From NCBI RefSeq assembly GCF_018350175.1, contig NC_058369.1:24678001-24742000 (forward strand): a stretch of 64,000 bases of DNA, read 5' to 3'. Below are positions 1-10,705 of the stretch, one piece after another (position 1 is the first letter of the stretch; each line of letters opens with the position of its first letter). The position numbers and the translations under genes were made by a program. The stretch is from Felis catus (Eukaryota). The notes under the pieces are model-generated. The model saw only the letters and a program-made list of their open reading frames with translations. It ran no database searches and was not told where the DNA came from.

Positions 1-404
1 GATTTCCTGGAACTTCAAAGCAATAAATCTGAAAGATGGAAGTGGAAAAGGAATGCCCAAAAGTTAAAAGCACAACCTGAGGCACAATGCTGGGAAACAG
101 AGCCAGCCAAGGACTAAGGCAATCTGACAACGGCAGAAGCTGAACTGGCCTAAGAGAGGGGTGACCATTTATATGAGCAATTAAGTCAGTGTGGTTGTAG
201 CCTTGACCTTCCCCAGCTGAGGCACAGTGAATAGCAAATCACAAAGAGGACTCAGCCCGAGCAGTGAAAGAAAGCCAGCCTGGCTCTTCCTGGTGCCTTT
301 GCACTGACACTGGGTTCAGGGTTGTTTCTGCTGTAATCAAGGAGCCATACACTACTACTACGATGGCAAGCGATAATTTAGGAACCTTGAGGGTCAGGCA
401 GATG

Positions 405-690
405 CAGGTTCAGTTTCTAGATCTGCCACAGCATTAACTTTGAGCAAATCCTTCTGTTCATTTATTCAATCAACAGATATTTATTTGAGCATCTACTATG
501 TGTTAAAGACTCTTTTAGGCACTGGGGATACAGCAAAAGGCAAAAGCTCTTCCCTTCATAGAGCTTAGCAAATTCTTTGAGCCTCAGTTTCCTCATCTAC
601 AAAATGGGAATAATATACCTACCATTATAGGTAGTTTGAAATGAGGAATATAAAGCACCTAGCACATAATAAATGTTCAGTGAATGGTAT
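405..690 (+). mobile_element. MIR SINE interrupted by an L2 3' fragment (~457-566, minus)
   Basis: MIR core 'gagcctcagtttcctcatctacaaaatgggaataata'; the inserted 'ttcatttattcaatcaacagatatttatttgagcatctactatgtg' is a reversed L2 tail. Confidence 0.7.
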
Positions 691-724
691 CCTTCACAGA
701 ACAGAGCTAACTTAGCTACAACTC

Positions 725-845
725 CCAACTAGAGTGTGAGCTCCAGATGAAGAACTATCTCTGGTTTACCTCTATACCCCCCAGTACCTATCACATAGTA
801 GGTGCTCAATGAGTATTTCACAAATCAATGAATGATTATTCAATC
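725..845 (+). mobile_element. L2 3' end fragment
   Basis: 'tagagtgtgagctcc...acatagtaggtgctcaatgagtatttc...aatgaatga', typical L2 terminus. Confidence 0.65.
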
Positions 846-930
846 AATAGTAGCCATTATTATGGTAACTTATAATCATTATTCTTTCCCAAGCCACTGA
901 GGTTCTATTACCTAAAAAAGCAACAGGGAA

Positions 931-1143
931 GGGGGCACCTGGGCAGCTCAGTCAGCTGAGCCTCCAACTCTTGATTTCAGCTCAGGTAATGATCCCAGGG
1001 TCCTGGGATCGAGCCCCACGTCAGGCTCTGCACTGAGCATGAAGCCTGCTTAAGATTCTTTTTCTTTCTCCCTCTGCCCCTCTCCCTTGTTCACTCTCTA
1101 GCTTTCTCTCTCTCACTCTAAAAAAAGTTAAAAAATAAAAAAA
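931..1143 (+). mobile_element. CanSINE (tRNA-derived carnivore SINE)
   Basis: 'ggggcacctgggcagctcagtcag...' head, CT-rich segment, A tail, degenerate TSD aaaaagcaacagg/aaaaataacaagg. Confidence 0.95.
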
Positions 1144-1398
1144 TAACAAGGCGTTAAGTTAAAGCCTTTTTTAAATAAAAGTAAGGTGCACTACACAATA
1201 TATCTTCAGACTTCTTTTTACATAAAAGAGAATGTTACTAAACGTAAGTATTCCAATTCAAGAAATCTATTAGTATGGAGACTTGCATAGGCAGCTGACG
1301 CAGATGTCTGCCCACTGCTTTCCTAACCATAAAGTAAGGACAAGTTGGCCAGGTTTCAGGTTGATCCATAAGACACTTAAAAAGTACAGTTAAATGAT

Positions 1399-1512
1399 GG
1401 GGTGCCTGGCTGGCTCAGTCGGTAGAGCATGTGACTCCTGATCTTAGGGTCCAGGTTCGAGCCCTACATTATGTGTAGAGATTACATTAAAATAAAATCT
1501 TGTATAAAAGAA
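1399..1512 (+). mobile_element. Short, old-type CanSINE (SINEC_old-like)
   Basis: tRNA-Lys-like head with A box tggctcagtcgg and B box ggttcgagcc, then 'gtagagattac..aaataaaatct'. Confidence 0.85.
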
Positions 1513-1519
1513 AATACTT

Positions 1520-1990
1520 GATAGCAGCACTCTCAACAATAGCCAAATTATGGAAAGAGCCTAAATGTCCATCAACTGATGAATGGATAAAGAAATTGTG
1601 GTTTATATACACAATGGAGTACTACGCGGCAATGAGAAAGAATGAAATATGGCCCTTTGTAGCAACGTGGATGGAACTGGAGAGTGTGATGCTAAGTGAA
1701 ATAAACCATACAGAGAAAGACAGATATCGTATGTTTTCACTCTTATGTGGATCCTGAGAAACTTAACAGGAACCCATGGGGGAGGGGAAGGAAAAAAAAA
1801 AAGAGAGAGGTTAGAGTGGGAGAGAGCCAAAGCATAAGAGACTCTTAAAAACTGAGAACAAACTGAGAGCTGATGGGAGGGTAGGAGGGAGGGGAGGGTG
1901 GATGATGGGTATTGAAGAGGGCATCTTTTGGGATGAGCACTGGGTGTTGTATGGAAACCAATTTGACAATAAATTTCATATATTTAAAAA
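1520..1990 (+). mobile_element. 5'-truncated young felid LINE-1 (ORF2 C-terminus + 3' UTR)
   Basis: Uninterrupted ORF2 C-terminal peptide IAALSTIAKLWKEPKCPSTDEWIKK...SLLCGS*, G-rich 3' UTR, aataaa, A tail; TSD aaaatactt at 1511-1519 and 1991-1999. Confidence 0.95.
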
Positions 1991-2034
1991 AAAATACTTA
2001 AAGTTTGGCACACGTACTAAAAGATAATCTATCA

Positions 2035-2345
2035 GAAAGGTTATGCTTTAAAAAGAGTGCCACATCAACAAACAATCACAAAACCTCAATGGCTTAAAAC
2101 AACAAAGGTTTATTTCTTGGTCTCATTATATGCCCAATGCCAGTTGCTCATTTAGTGACTAAGGGACTCAGGCAGATGAAGACTCCATCTCAACACATGC
2201 TTCCATGACTATCACAGCAGAAAGCAAGCACTGTTCAGTCTCACACTGGAAAGTAAATATTCTAGCATAGAAGTGACACTAGTCACTTCCAACATACACC
2301 TGGAAGGAGAGAAAAGTAGCTAGGGTGAACATAAACAATCTCTAC
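2035..2345 (-). mobile_element. ERVL-type LTR fragment (LTR33-like)
   Basis: 'aacaaacaatcacaaaacctcaatggcttaaaacaacaaaggtttatttcttggtctca' resembles the LTR33/MaLR terminus. Confidence 0.55.
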
Positions 2346-3481
2346 CAAAGGTGATACTAAGACCAACAAGCTGTGGAATAACAAAAGGATTTGTTAAAGA
2401 GAATGCTCCAATAAAACAACTAGACAGCTCTAAGGTTCTCAAATCCTAGACCTCAGAGGGTGTTTTTTAGAGCAGTGCCCTAAACATGAAGACATCTCAA
2501 ACAACACAAACCTGGACTCTGAATTTTGAGAGCAACTCTGATTTTTTTCTATAACTATACTGAGGGTCCAGATAAGCTTTTATTTAGGAAACACAAAAAA
2601 AGTTTCTACAGCTGAAAAACATTAGAAAAACCACTAATGTAAACCAAATCCTTTGTTTTACAGATTAAAAAAGTAGAGGGGGGGAGGGGGGAAGGAGGCC
2701 CAGGAAGTTAAAGTGACCCCACCCCACCCCCAGGAAAGCTCCAGAATGTTTACCAGATGTAGAAATAAGTCCATTGATAGATTTGTTGTACGGCTGCACC
2801 ACCCTCTGGCCTTACCCTTCATCTTTGCTCTCTTTAACTGGCACAATAGAGCCAGACCCAGACTAAAATCATGTCACACAATAAATGGTATGGACGGTAA
2901 GTAGTCCCCACCCTACTGCACTAAATAATGATTCACATCCCATTAGCAATGCTCTACATTACTCATTCCTTATTTCCTGGCAAATGTGAAGCCATTAGTA
3001 GAAGTTAATACTAACCTTCAGGACACTTTCATTTTGTTCTCAGAAGACTACAGGTTAACAGCCAGCTAGGATGTGTATTCACTCAATTTCATTCTTTTCT
3101 CATGTGCCCAGCTTTGCTTCATGCCCAGTTTTCCTCTACCTTTCATTCACACTAAAGCACTGGGTGCCACATACTTAGGCCTCAATGGTCTTCTAACCCC
3201 CAATCTTTCTTTTTCAAATCATCTTATACTATCTAGCCCATGAAATAAACTCAAACTTTTCAACCTGGAATGCAGTTACCTCAATTTTATTCCAACCTAC
3301 TCTTCCAACATTATCTCTGTTGTAGTACTGATCCTGCTGGGCCAAAGGCAAGATGATGGGCCTGGAAGTCAAAATAACATAGTAATAAATCCTAGATCTG
3401 CAAGTTCCTTAATCTGAGTGTCAATGTTCTCACCCTTAAAACAGTATGATGGCATCTACTTTGAGAGCGTCTTGAGAGTGT

Positions 3482-4012
3482 GTAACAGTGAGGATTGTGT
3501 TTGACTACAAGCAACAAATAGTGGCTTGCAAGTAAGGAGGTAATTTGTTTTATGCAATAAGAAGTATGGGAGAAGTCAGTCTAGGCTGGTACTATGGCTC
3601 AATGACATCATTGAGATCAAGATCCTTCCAGGTTCCATTTTTACGGAACTGTCATTAAAATGGAACCATGGAACCATTCAAAATGGTTTTGCCATTTTTA
3701 ATATCTTTGTTGCAGTAGTTGGCTGCTGCCCTTTCAGGCACTGCACCTATGTTCCCAGGAGCAAGAAGCAGAAAGGGGCCAAAGCTGTTGCGGTATACTA
3801 GCCACATGTGTCCTCCTCACTAAGCTTTTAGGAAAGCCCTCATCCAACAACATCCACTTACATCATTATAAGACCTGAGTCTCATGGCCACTCCAGGCTG
3901 TAAAAGAGTCTTGGAGAGTGAGATGGGCATATTTCCATCTCAAACAAAATTGAGGTTCTTTTAGTTAGAAAGGAGAGAATGAATATTGGATAGGCAATCA
4001 GTAATATCCATC
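3482..4012 (-). mobile_element. Old MaLR LTR (MLT1J/K-like) inserted in a MIR
   Basis: 'gtggcttg...aataagaagt...tctaggctgg' start and 'gaggttcttttag...gaatattggataggcaatcag' end; MIR halves on both sides. Confidence 0.6.
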
Positions 4013-4613
4013 ATAGTATTAAATTATACATTTTAGGTAAAGTGCTAAGCACAGTAGTTAACAGCTCAATAAAGGTTGAGCTGTAATTACTACCATTATA
4101 ATTACTGTTGTTATTATTACTCACCTATCTTACCCTCTGATCAAATGGAATAACTCATTATATCTAGATATTCTCCTTACATTTCTACTATATACTTATC
4201 TATATGCTCTATATGTATTTCCAACACTATCTCTGCTTCAAGGTCCAGGAAAATGCCATTTCATCCAAGAAGTCTTTCCTGACACCTACCCCTAATAATA
4301 AGTTCTATGGTGGCGGAACCCACATCTGACAAAAACTCCTATGTTCATTATTCCATTGAGCCTCGTCTCTTGGAACACAGTAGGCTCTAATAAACAGTGC
4401 CTTGATAGTTTAAGTAATTCATGTACATTTCATACTCACATTTACAGTCAATCCTCTAGAATCAAACATGGTATATTCCTATAATGTAAAAGTTAAACGT
4501 TAGGTTTGTATGTCATAAAGCTAGTTGTGGGACAGAGAGGATGCAGTTGTATTCCCTAAGAATAAGAAGAAAAACATTATAAAATTCTCTAACACACATT
4601 ACTTTTTATAAGC

Positions 4614-5010
4614 TGTGGGAGTTCAGATTACAGTTCATCAAATATTCCCTCCTCTACTATGGGCAGAGTCTACTTTTACCCATGGATGTTGATCTTCACC
4701 ATGTGACATGCTATGTCCAAAAAGGTCATTAGTGAAAATGACATTTGCTTGTGCAGTTTGACTTGGCTATCAAATCCAGTTACCTGCCACAAGAGGGGCA
4801 TGACTTAAGTAGCTGCGATCCTTTCTGCTTGGGCCCAAGAACACATGGGGAGCAGACCAGAACCCAACATGTAGCCCACAGGACAGCCATCCCAAGAGCC
4901 CAGCCTAGATCAGCCAAATCACAGTCAACTTAAAAATTCAGGAGTGTGAGAATTAATACCTGTTGCTGTAAGTCAAAAAGTTTTGACACAGAGCAAAAGT
5001 TGCCTAATAT
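4614..5010 (+). mobile_element. Old MaLR LTR (MLT1H/I-like)
   Basis: 'ccatgtgacatgct...cccagcctagatcagccaa...gtgagaattaatacctgttgctgtaagtca'. Confidence 0.6.
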
Positions 5011-6034
5011 AACTTCTATCAATTGATGTATTTTAGCATTTCTTACATGTTGATTCACTTCGTTCCTTTTCTTCACATAAGAAAGAACAGTGTGAAGCAT
5101 ATCTGTCTTTGGTACATCCAATGATGTCTGTCTTTGGATCAACTGTTTTAGATTTATGAGACCTACATTCCCATTAATATCAGTGCTTTTTCATTTTCCA
5201 TTTGTTTATTTTTCTAAAAGAAAGTCACAACAAAGTATCAAGCAATAATATAAACCTTGCTGAAACTAAACTGTTGACTGGCAAGTAGGTCTCCCATATA
5301 TGGTCTCCCATATAACAGCCAAAATGTTAACTTCTTACCTGATAAAAGGTGTTTAAGGGTGTCTCTAATAAAACAACAAAAATGTAGATTATACAAAGTC
5401 AATATCACCAAAGTCAAAGACTGTTGAGGTGAATTTATGGATTCCATTCATTTAAACTCATATTTGAGGGTATCTGTTTTGGCAAACCATGACCATTGAG
5501 TTTCACCAATGGGAAGACGCTGATAAGGCTTAAGTCTTGTGGCCTTTCCAACAAAATAAAATAAGGAGGCCATACTATTTTAATAGAATAATTTTAAATA
5601 TAATTATATTTACTCACTAATGAAAAAGAGTCTCTTGGTAAGTGAAAGAGAAAATAAAATTCCAATCCCTTAGCAAATGGGGGGAAAAAAGCCAACTGAA
5701 TAAGATCATGTATTCAACCAATACCTATTCAAAACTCCAACTGGAAGTTTAAGGTATCAATAAAAATAGAAGAGTGTGGGTTTTGTTTTGTTTTATCTTC
5801 TTTTAAATAATCATCATTACATTTGGAACCAATTTCCACTCAGCTAAAGTTGACCTACCAGAAATATATAATACACGAAGTTACTAAATTTGCCTATTGG
5901 TAAGAAGTGACAGCCTTCAGAGTGGCAAGACACATAGGACAGTGCAAAGGTCATTAACATCGCAATGGACTCTTAACAGAACAGGCCCTATGTATGCTGG
6001 GAGAGTCCATACTTCAGAACAGACACATAGACAG

Positions 6035-6270
6035 CACAACCCAAATTCGAATTCAAGGCCATAGCCAAGGTCACAGGCTCTGGGTCAGAGAAACCTGTGC
6101 TGAAGAGATCACTCTTACACTAAACTGTGACACGATACAAAACTCCTTTTAGCTTCCTTATCTATAATTTGGGGGTAATAATAACACCTACCTCATAGGA
6201 TCTCTGAAAGTTTTTAAAAAGATAATGTATGTAAAATACTCCACAAAGTGCTAGCATATGCAATAGCAAT
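6035..6270 (+). mobile_element. MIR
   Basis: 'ggctctgggtcagaga...ataataacacctacctcatagg...gataatgtatgtaaa'. Confidence 0.65.
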
Positions 6271-7899
6271 AATAGTAATAGTAATAATACTACCCTCACA
6301 AACCTGGCTCCTACATGATAACCACCCTAATCAGTATACTCTGACTCACCCTCTGTTCACAAAACACTGAATGCACAGCTTTATAGTCACATCCAGATAC
6401 AGCTTCTATAAGGTAACAGCTCTCTGATCAGTAACTTTTCTAGTGAATTCAGGAAAAGGGCACTGAAAAAAATAAGGCTTTCACTAATAGAGAATTGAGA
6501 CCACACTCCCTCCACCCATGAACATCTTGCTGGTGAAACCATGCTTCTATCACCATCCACACATCACCCCTCCCAAACTGTGCAAGGCTTTTATTAAAGC
6601 ACAGAGGCAGACAGACAAGATGGCTCACCTTAGGAGCAAACTCACCTTAAAAGCAAACTCTTCTACCCTCCAGAAATGATCTGGCTTGACCCCACTTCCA
6701 CCTCCAAACTGACAGCCAAACTGTAAGTGAAGAAGGCAAGCCCCTCACTTCCAGAAGTTGAGTTACACTGTCAAAAACTAACGGAATCCCTTCAATCCGT
6801 GGTCATCCTAACAAGGCATGCTTGTCTGCTTCAAAAATATCTTACAAATCCATTAATAGAGCCAAGAACCAAGTACTATATGCCGAAAAACTATGTGACT
6901 TTACAAGGACAAGAGTGACCATAGGAGACAAAGTGCCACACCCTTTTTCCAGATAGCTCAACAGTAAATGGTGTCACTTACAAAGAAGTCTGCAATTCTA
7001 GAGAAATAGGTGGGCAATTCTAACCCCCCAATACTACCCCCCCAACACCACTGCATTATTTTTTACACAGATCCATTTCATCTTTTTGAAGCCAATGGCC
7101 TGAGCATCCCCAACTACCACAACTAGTGAGGGGAGGAAGGGGCAGAGAAGAAACAAACACAAGTCAAGTATACTTGCTTCTGAGCCCATTTTCGAAGAGT
7201 TTTCCTCCCGCTTGTCTGCCTCTCACAGCTGGAGCCTCATACCTGGTGGAAACCAATGGTTAAGTAAAACCACTGATTTAAAAAGCCAACCAGGAAACTA
7301 ACCATGACAAGTGGGAGCTGCCCTCCTCTCCCGAGCGTTGATTGGCTCTTGAGGTTTTACCGGTCCCCGTTCTGCCCACATAAGTGGCAGGTGTGACTGT
7401 CAATCACAGAGGGACCTGACAATTCACCACTCTGGGAGTAAATTGCCTTTCATCCAGCAAAGGCAGGTAGCCGCCTAAAATCGATCCGCTCATAACAGAG
7501 CAGACCCTCCCTCTCTGGAAAGGAGAACAGAGACCCTTAAGTACAAAATAAATAAGCCCGGGTCGATCCGAGAGTTTATGAGCGCTGTTTTATTAACCCG
7601 CACCAAAGCAGTCCTTAATCTTCACTGTCCTAAGATGATCTTTCAAACGCTCGGACGAAATTAAAAAAAAAAAAAAAAAAAGAAGGAGAAAGAAAAAAAT
7701 AAGGCACAACCTTCTAAGTACCCCTTGTCTTGTATAATTCGGAGATGGGGAGGGGAGGAAAGGAACGCCGTTCAGTTTAATTTCACAGCGTATTCGTTTT
7801 CATACACCACCACCCTCTACCCCTCCCCAGTAAAGCCGGCTTCATTTTCCCTGACACGGGTGTTTTTTTGTTTTTTTTTTTTTAACACGCTCCCCTCGG

Positions 7900-8950
7900 A
7901 GCCCACCAAGGCAGTCAGGCACCCCACCCCCCTGGGCTGGGGCTCCACCTTTCTCCACTTTGTTCTGCTTGGGGTTCCCCCAGACCCTTGCCCCTGCGTA
8001 CACCCCACCCCTCGAGGCAGGGGGGTGGGGGGGGAAGCCAGGCGAAAGAGGGGAGCTGGAGAAAAGAAAGGCGATGGCAGTGAGGGTGGCTGCCGGAGAG
8101 GGACTGCAGGAGGTGGCCCGGGCCGCCGGGGCGAGCGAGCGGCGCCCGCGCGCCAGTGCAAGCCGTGCACTTGTTCCAATCCGGGGGTTTCTACATCAAG
8201 GCAAATCCGCCCTTAGGCCGCCCCATCCTTTCCCCCGCCCCAGAAAGCCCCAGGGGAGGCGGATGGTTCACCCCTCGGCTCCCCGTGATAACGCATTGCA
8301 GCTCCCCACTAGTGAGGGGGACCCGGCACGAGGGATGCCCGGCATGGGCGCCCCGAGGGAGCCGGGTGCCCAGCGGCCCCGGCCCCGGCGTCGACGTCTC
8401 ACCTTTCCGATGCTCGCCCCGGGGCCGTCCCACATGGATTTTTACAACCTCACGTCGCCCTGGCCCCGGGCGGCCGGGAGGAGCTGGAGCCGGCGCCGGA
8501 GCCGGAGCCCGAGCGAGCAGGAGCGGGAGGAGGAGGTGGAGGAGGAGCGGGGCGGGGAGGGAGGGCACGGCTCCGAGAGCCGGGGCCGGGCGCGGGGCCG
8601 GGCGGGGCTGACGGCCGAGGGGGCGGCACCCGCCGCAGTCCCGAGACGCGCGCTCGCGCGGCGCTGCCAGGGCTGCGCTCCGCCGGGCCCCCCGCCCGGC
8701 CGCTCCGCGCGCTCGCCGGCTCGCCGCGGCCCTGACTCACATTCCCAGCATTCCCGAGGAGCCGCTGGGGGGGCCGGGGCTGGGACGCGGGCGCCTCCGC
8801 GGGGGGCAGCAGAGAGCGCCTGGCCCTGGGTGGCTGGGGTCTTCGAAGCGCCTCCTCCCGGGAGGCCGTCTTGACGCACGTGGCCCTCATTCTCCTCTTC
8901 CCGACGCCCCTTCCCGGGTACCCCCCTCCAAAAGCAGCCAGGCACTCCTG
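7900..8950. promoter_or_regulatory. CpG island promoter
   Basis: About 1 kb of very GC- and CpG-rich sequence in an otherwise CpG-depleted window; GC boxes (gggcgggg 8600-8607, ggggcgggg 8549-8557), E-box CACGTG 8877-8882, CRE-like TGACGCA 8872-8878. Confidence 0.95.
8403..8730 (-). other. Putative first exon (mostly or wholly 5' UTR) of an unidentified minus-strand gene; intron 1 runs off the window start
   Basis: Minus-strand donor GGAAAG|GTGAGAC (exon ends at 8403) within the CpG island; young L1/SINEs in 1-2000 are antisense to it, as is usual in introns; the 5' end (TSS) is estimated. Confidence 0.7.
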
Positions 8951-9187
8951 GGACTAGTCAAGTGGCTTTGGCGACAGGGGCAGGGATGGCACTTGGTAGA
9001 GGAGATGCAAACTGTCTTTTAAGTTAAGCTTTAGAGGGGAGGGGAGGTTGAGGTTCCCATGCCCTGGCACCCTATTAACTTAATCTTCTTTAGGAGGGTG
9101 AAGGGACTTCATAAGATTTTTACTTTCTTGTTCTCCTAAGGAGAACAGCGAATGGAAGATGAAAAAGGGAGCAAGGAAAAAAAAAAT

Positions 9188-9218
9188 CATCACCATCATC
9201 ATCATCATCATCATCATC
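9188..9218. repeat. (CAT)n microsatellite
   Basis: catcaccatcatcatcatcatcatcatcatc. Confidence 0.9.
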
Positions 9219-9932
9219 GCCATTCATTGAGTGCCTTCTCTGTGCCCTGCAATGTGCGTGCATCATCCCGTTTAAGGTAGAAAGATGGCGTCTGAGTTCA
9301 TTCACACACACATGTATACACCTCAAGATAATTTGCAGCAGGAGTTTGGACACGTTTTTCATTGGAAAAAGCTTCCAGCCAACAAGTCTGGAGCCCCAAC
9401 CACTACCATTTTGTATTAGGGAGGGGACTCCAAACCTCACTGGAAGCTCCAGATTTGGTCTCTCACTGAGTAGTCAATTTGCAAGACTGGAGCAGTGATT
9501 TCCTTTCTGTCCTGATGAGTCTGCTGCCAGCAATTTCAGTGGCCAGATCTAAATGTTTCCTGCTGGGAAGCTTGGGCAAATGAAGCTAAATCCAGCCATG
9601 AGATGTCTGGATAAGCAGAGGTGTGGAATCAGCATAATGACTATGGATGACTCCTTCCTTCCTCCCATGATGGGAATTCAAATATTAAATGGAGGAAGTA
9701 GACTCTACCCAAATGCCCTGTTCCTTAAGCCTTCCTTTTACACTTGTGTTGTTTATAGTTTTTCACAGACTCATAGTCCCTGAGACCTCTTCGCCCTCAT
9801 CTTCTTCTTTCTCTCAGTCACAAGAAATCTGCACTTATTCGATTGACCCAGGTGCTCCAATGTAAAACCAAGCTACATCTGTTGTGTTTAGTTTCCCATG
9901 TACATCCTTGACAGCCTCTGCCAAAAAGGCAT

Positions 9933-9943
9933 GATAGATAGAT

Positions 9944-9993
<50 letters not shown>
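9933..9993. repeat. (GATA)n tetranucleotide microsatellite
   Basis: About 14 GATA units with one GAT interruption. Confidence 0.95.
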
Positions 9994-10499
9994 CCTTGTT
10001 GAGAGTCCTTTGAGAAATCCTAAAATCCCTTACTTTTTGAAATGTGACCAATATTTCTTGACTACCTCCTATGTGCACCACTCACATTTTTCCACTACTC
10101 TCACAAAAACTCTGTAAGATGTTTCTGTCTTTCAGAAAAGTCAGGTAACATACCCAGCTGAGACTATATTTAAATCTATACCTAAAATTCACTATTCTCG
10201 TCCACCCAGTCTCTTTTCCTTTGATCCATGGTTCTAAACAGGAATCATTGGACTTCATAGGGACAACTTCTTGTTTATATGCCTGTGTACATTTTTCCCC
10301 CAGAGAGAAGATCTATGGTTCTCAACAGATTTCTTTCACATTGGGTCCTTGAGAAAGTTAAGAATAATCACTTTAAATAGAAAACAACTTTATGTAGTAA
10401 AACAAGGACTGGAAGTTTTACGGATCGTAAGTTGTCTTTATCCTCTCTGGGGCTTAGTTTTCTCATCTGAAAAATTAAAACCTGACCTAAAGGATGTTT

Positions 10500-10705
10500 T
10501 TTGAAAAAAAAAAATGTTTACTTATTTTGAATGAGAGAGAGCATGAGTTGGGAGGGGCAGAGAGGGAGGAGAGAGAGAATCCCAAGCAGGCTCTGCACTG
10601 TCAGGGCAGAGCCCAGCATGGGCCTGGAACTCACAAACCATGAGATCATGACTCGAGCCAAAATCAAGACTAGATGCTTAACTGGCTGAGCCACCAAGTT
10701 GCCCC
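10500..10705 (-). mobile_element. CanSINE
   Basis: Reverse SINE ending 'gagccaccaagttgcccc'; TSD ctaaaggat(g/c)tt. Confidence 0.95.

Noticed and set aside
1399..1475. tRNA-Lys-like sequence
   Set aside because: Continues into the SINE body and A tail, with degenerate stems; a SINE head, not a tRNA gene
4119..4335. Minus-strand donor TAG|GTGAGT (4125) with a possible acceptor at 4326
   Set aside because: Short pyrimidine tract, lies among decayed MIR/L2 sequence; such sites occur often by chance
7725..8945. Long overlapping ORFs (up to 304 aa) on both strands
   Set aside because: Low-complexity Arg/Gly/Pro/Ala translations, expected from stop-codon scarcity in a CpG island; no recognisable domain
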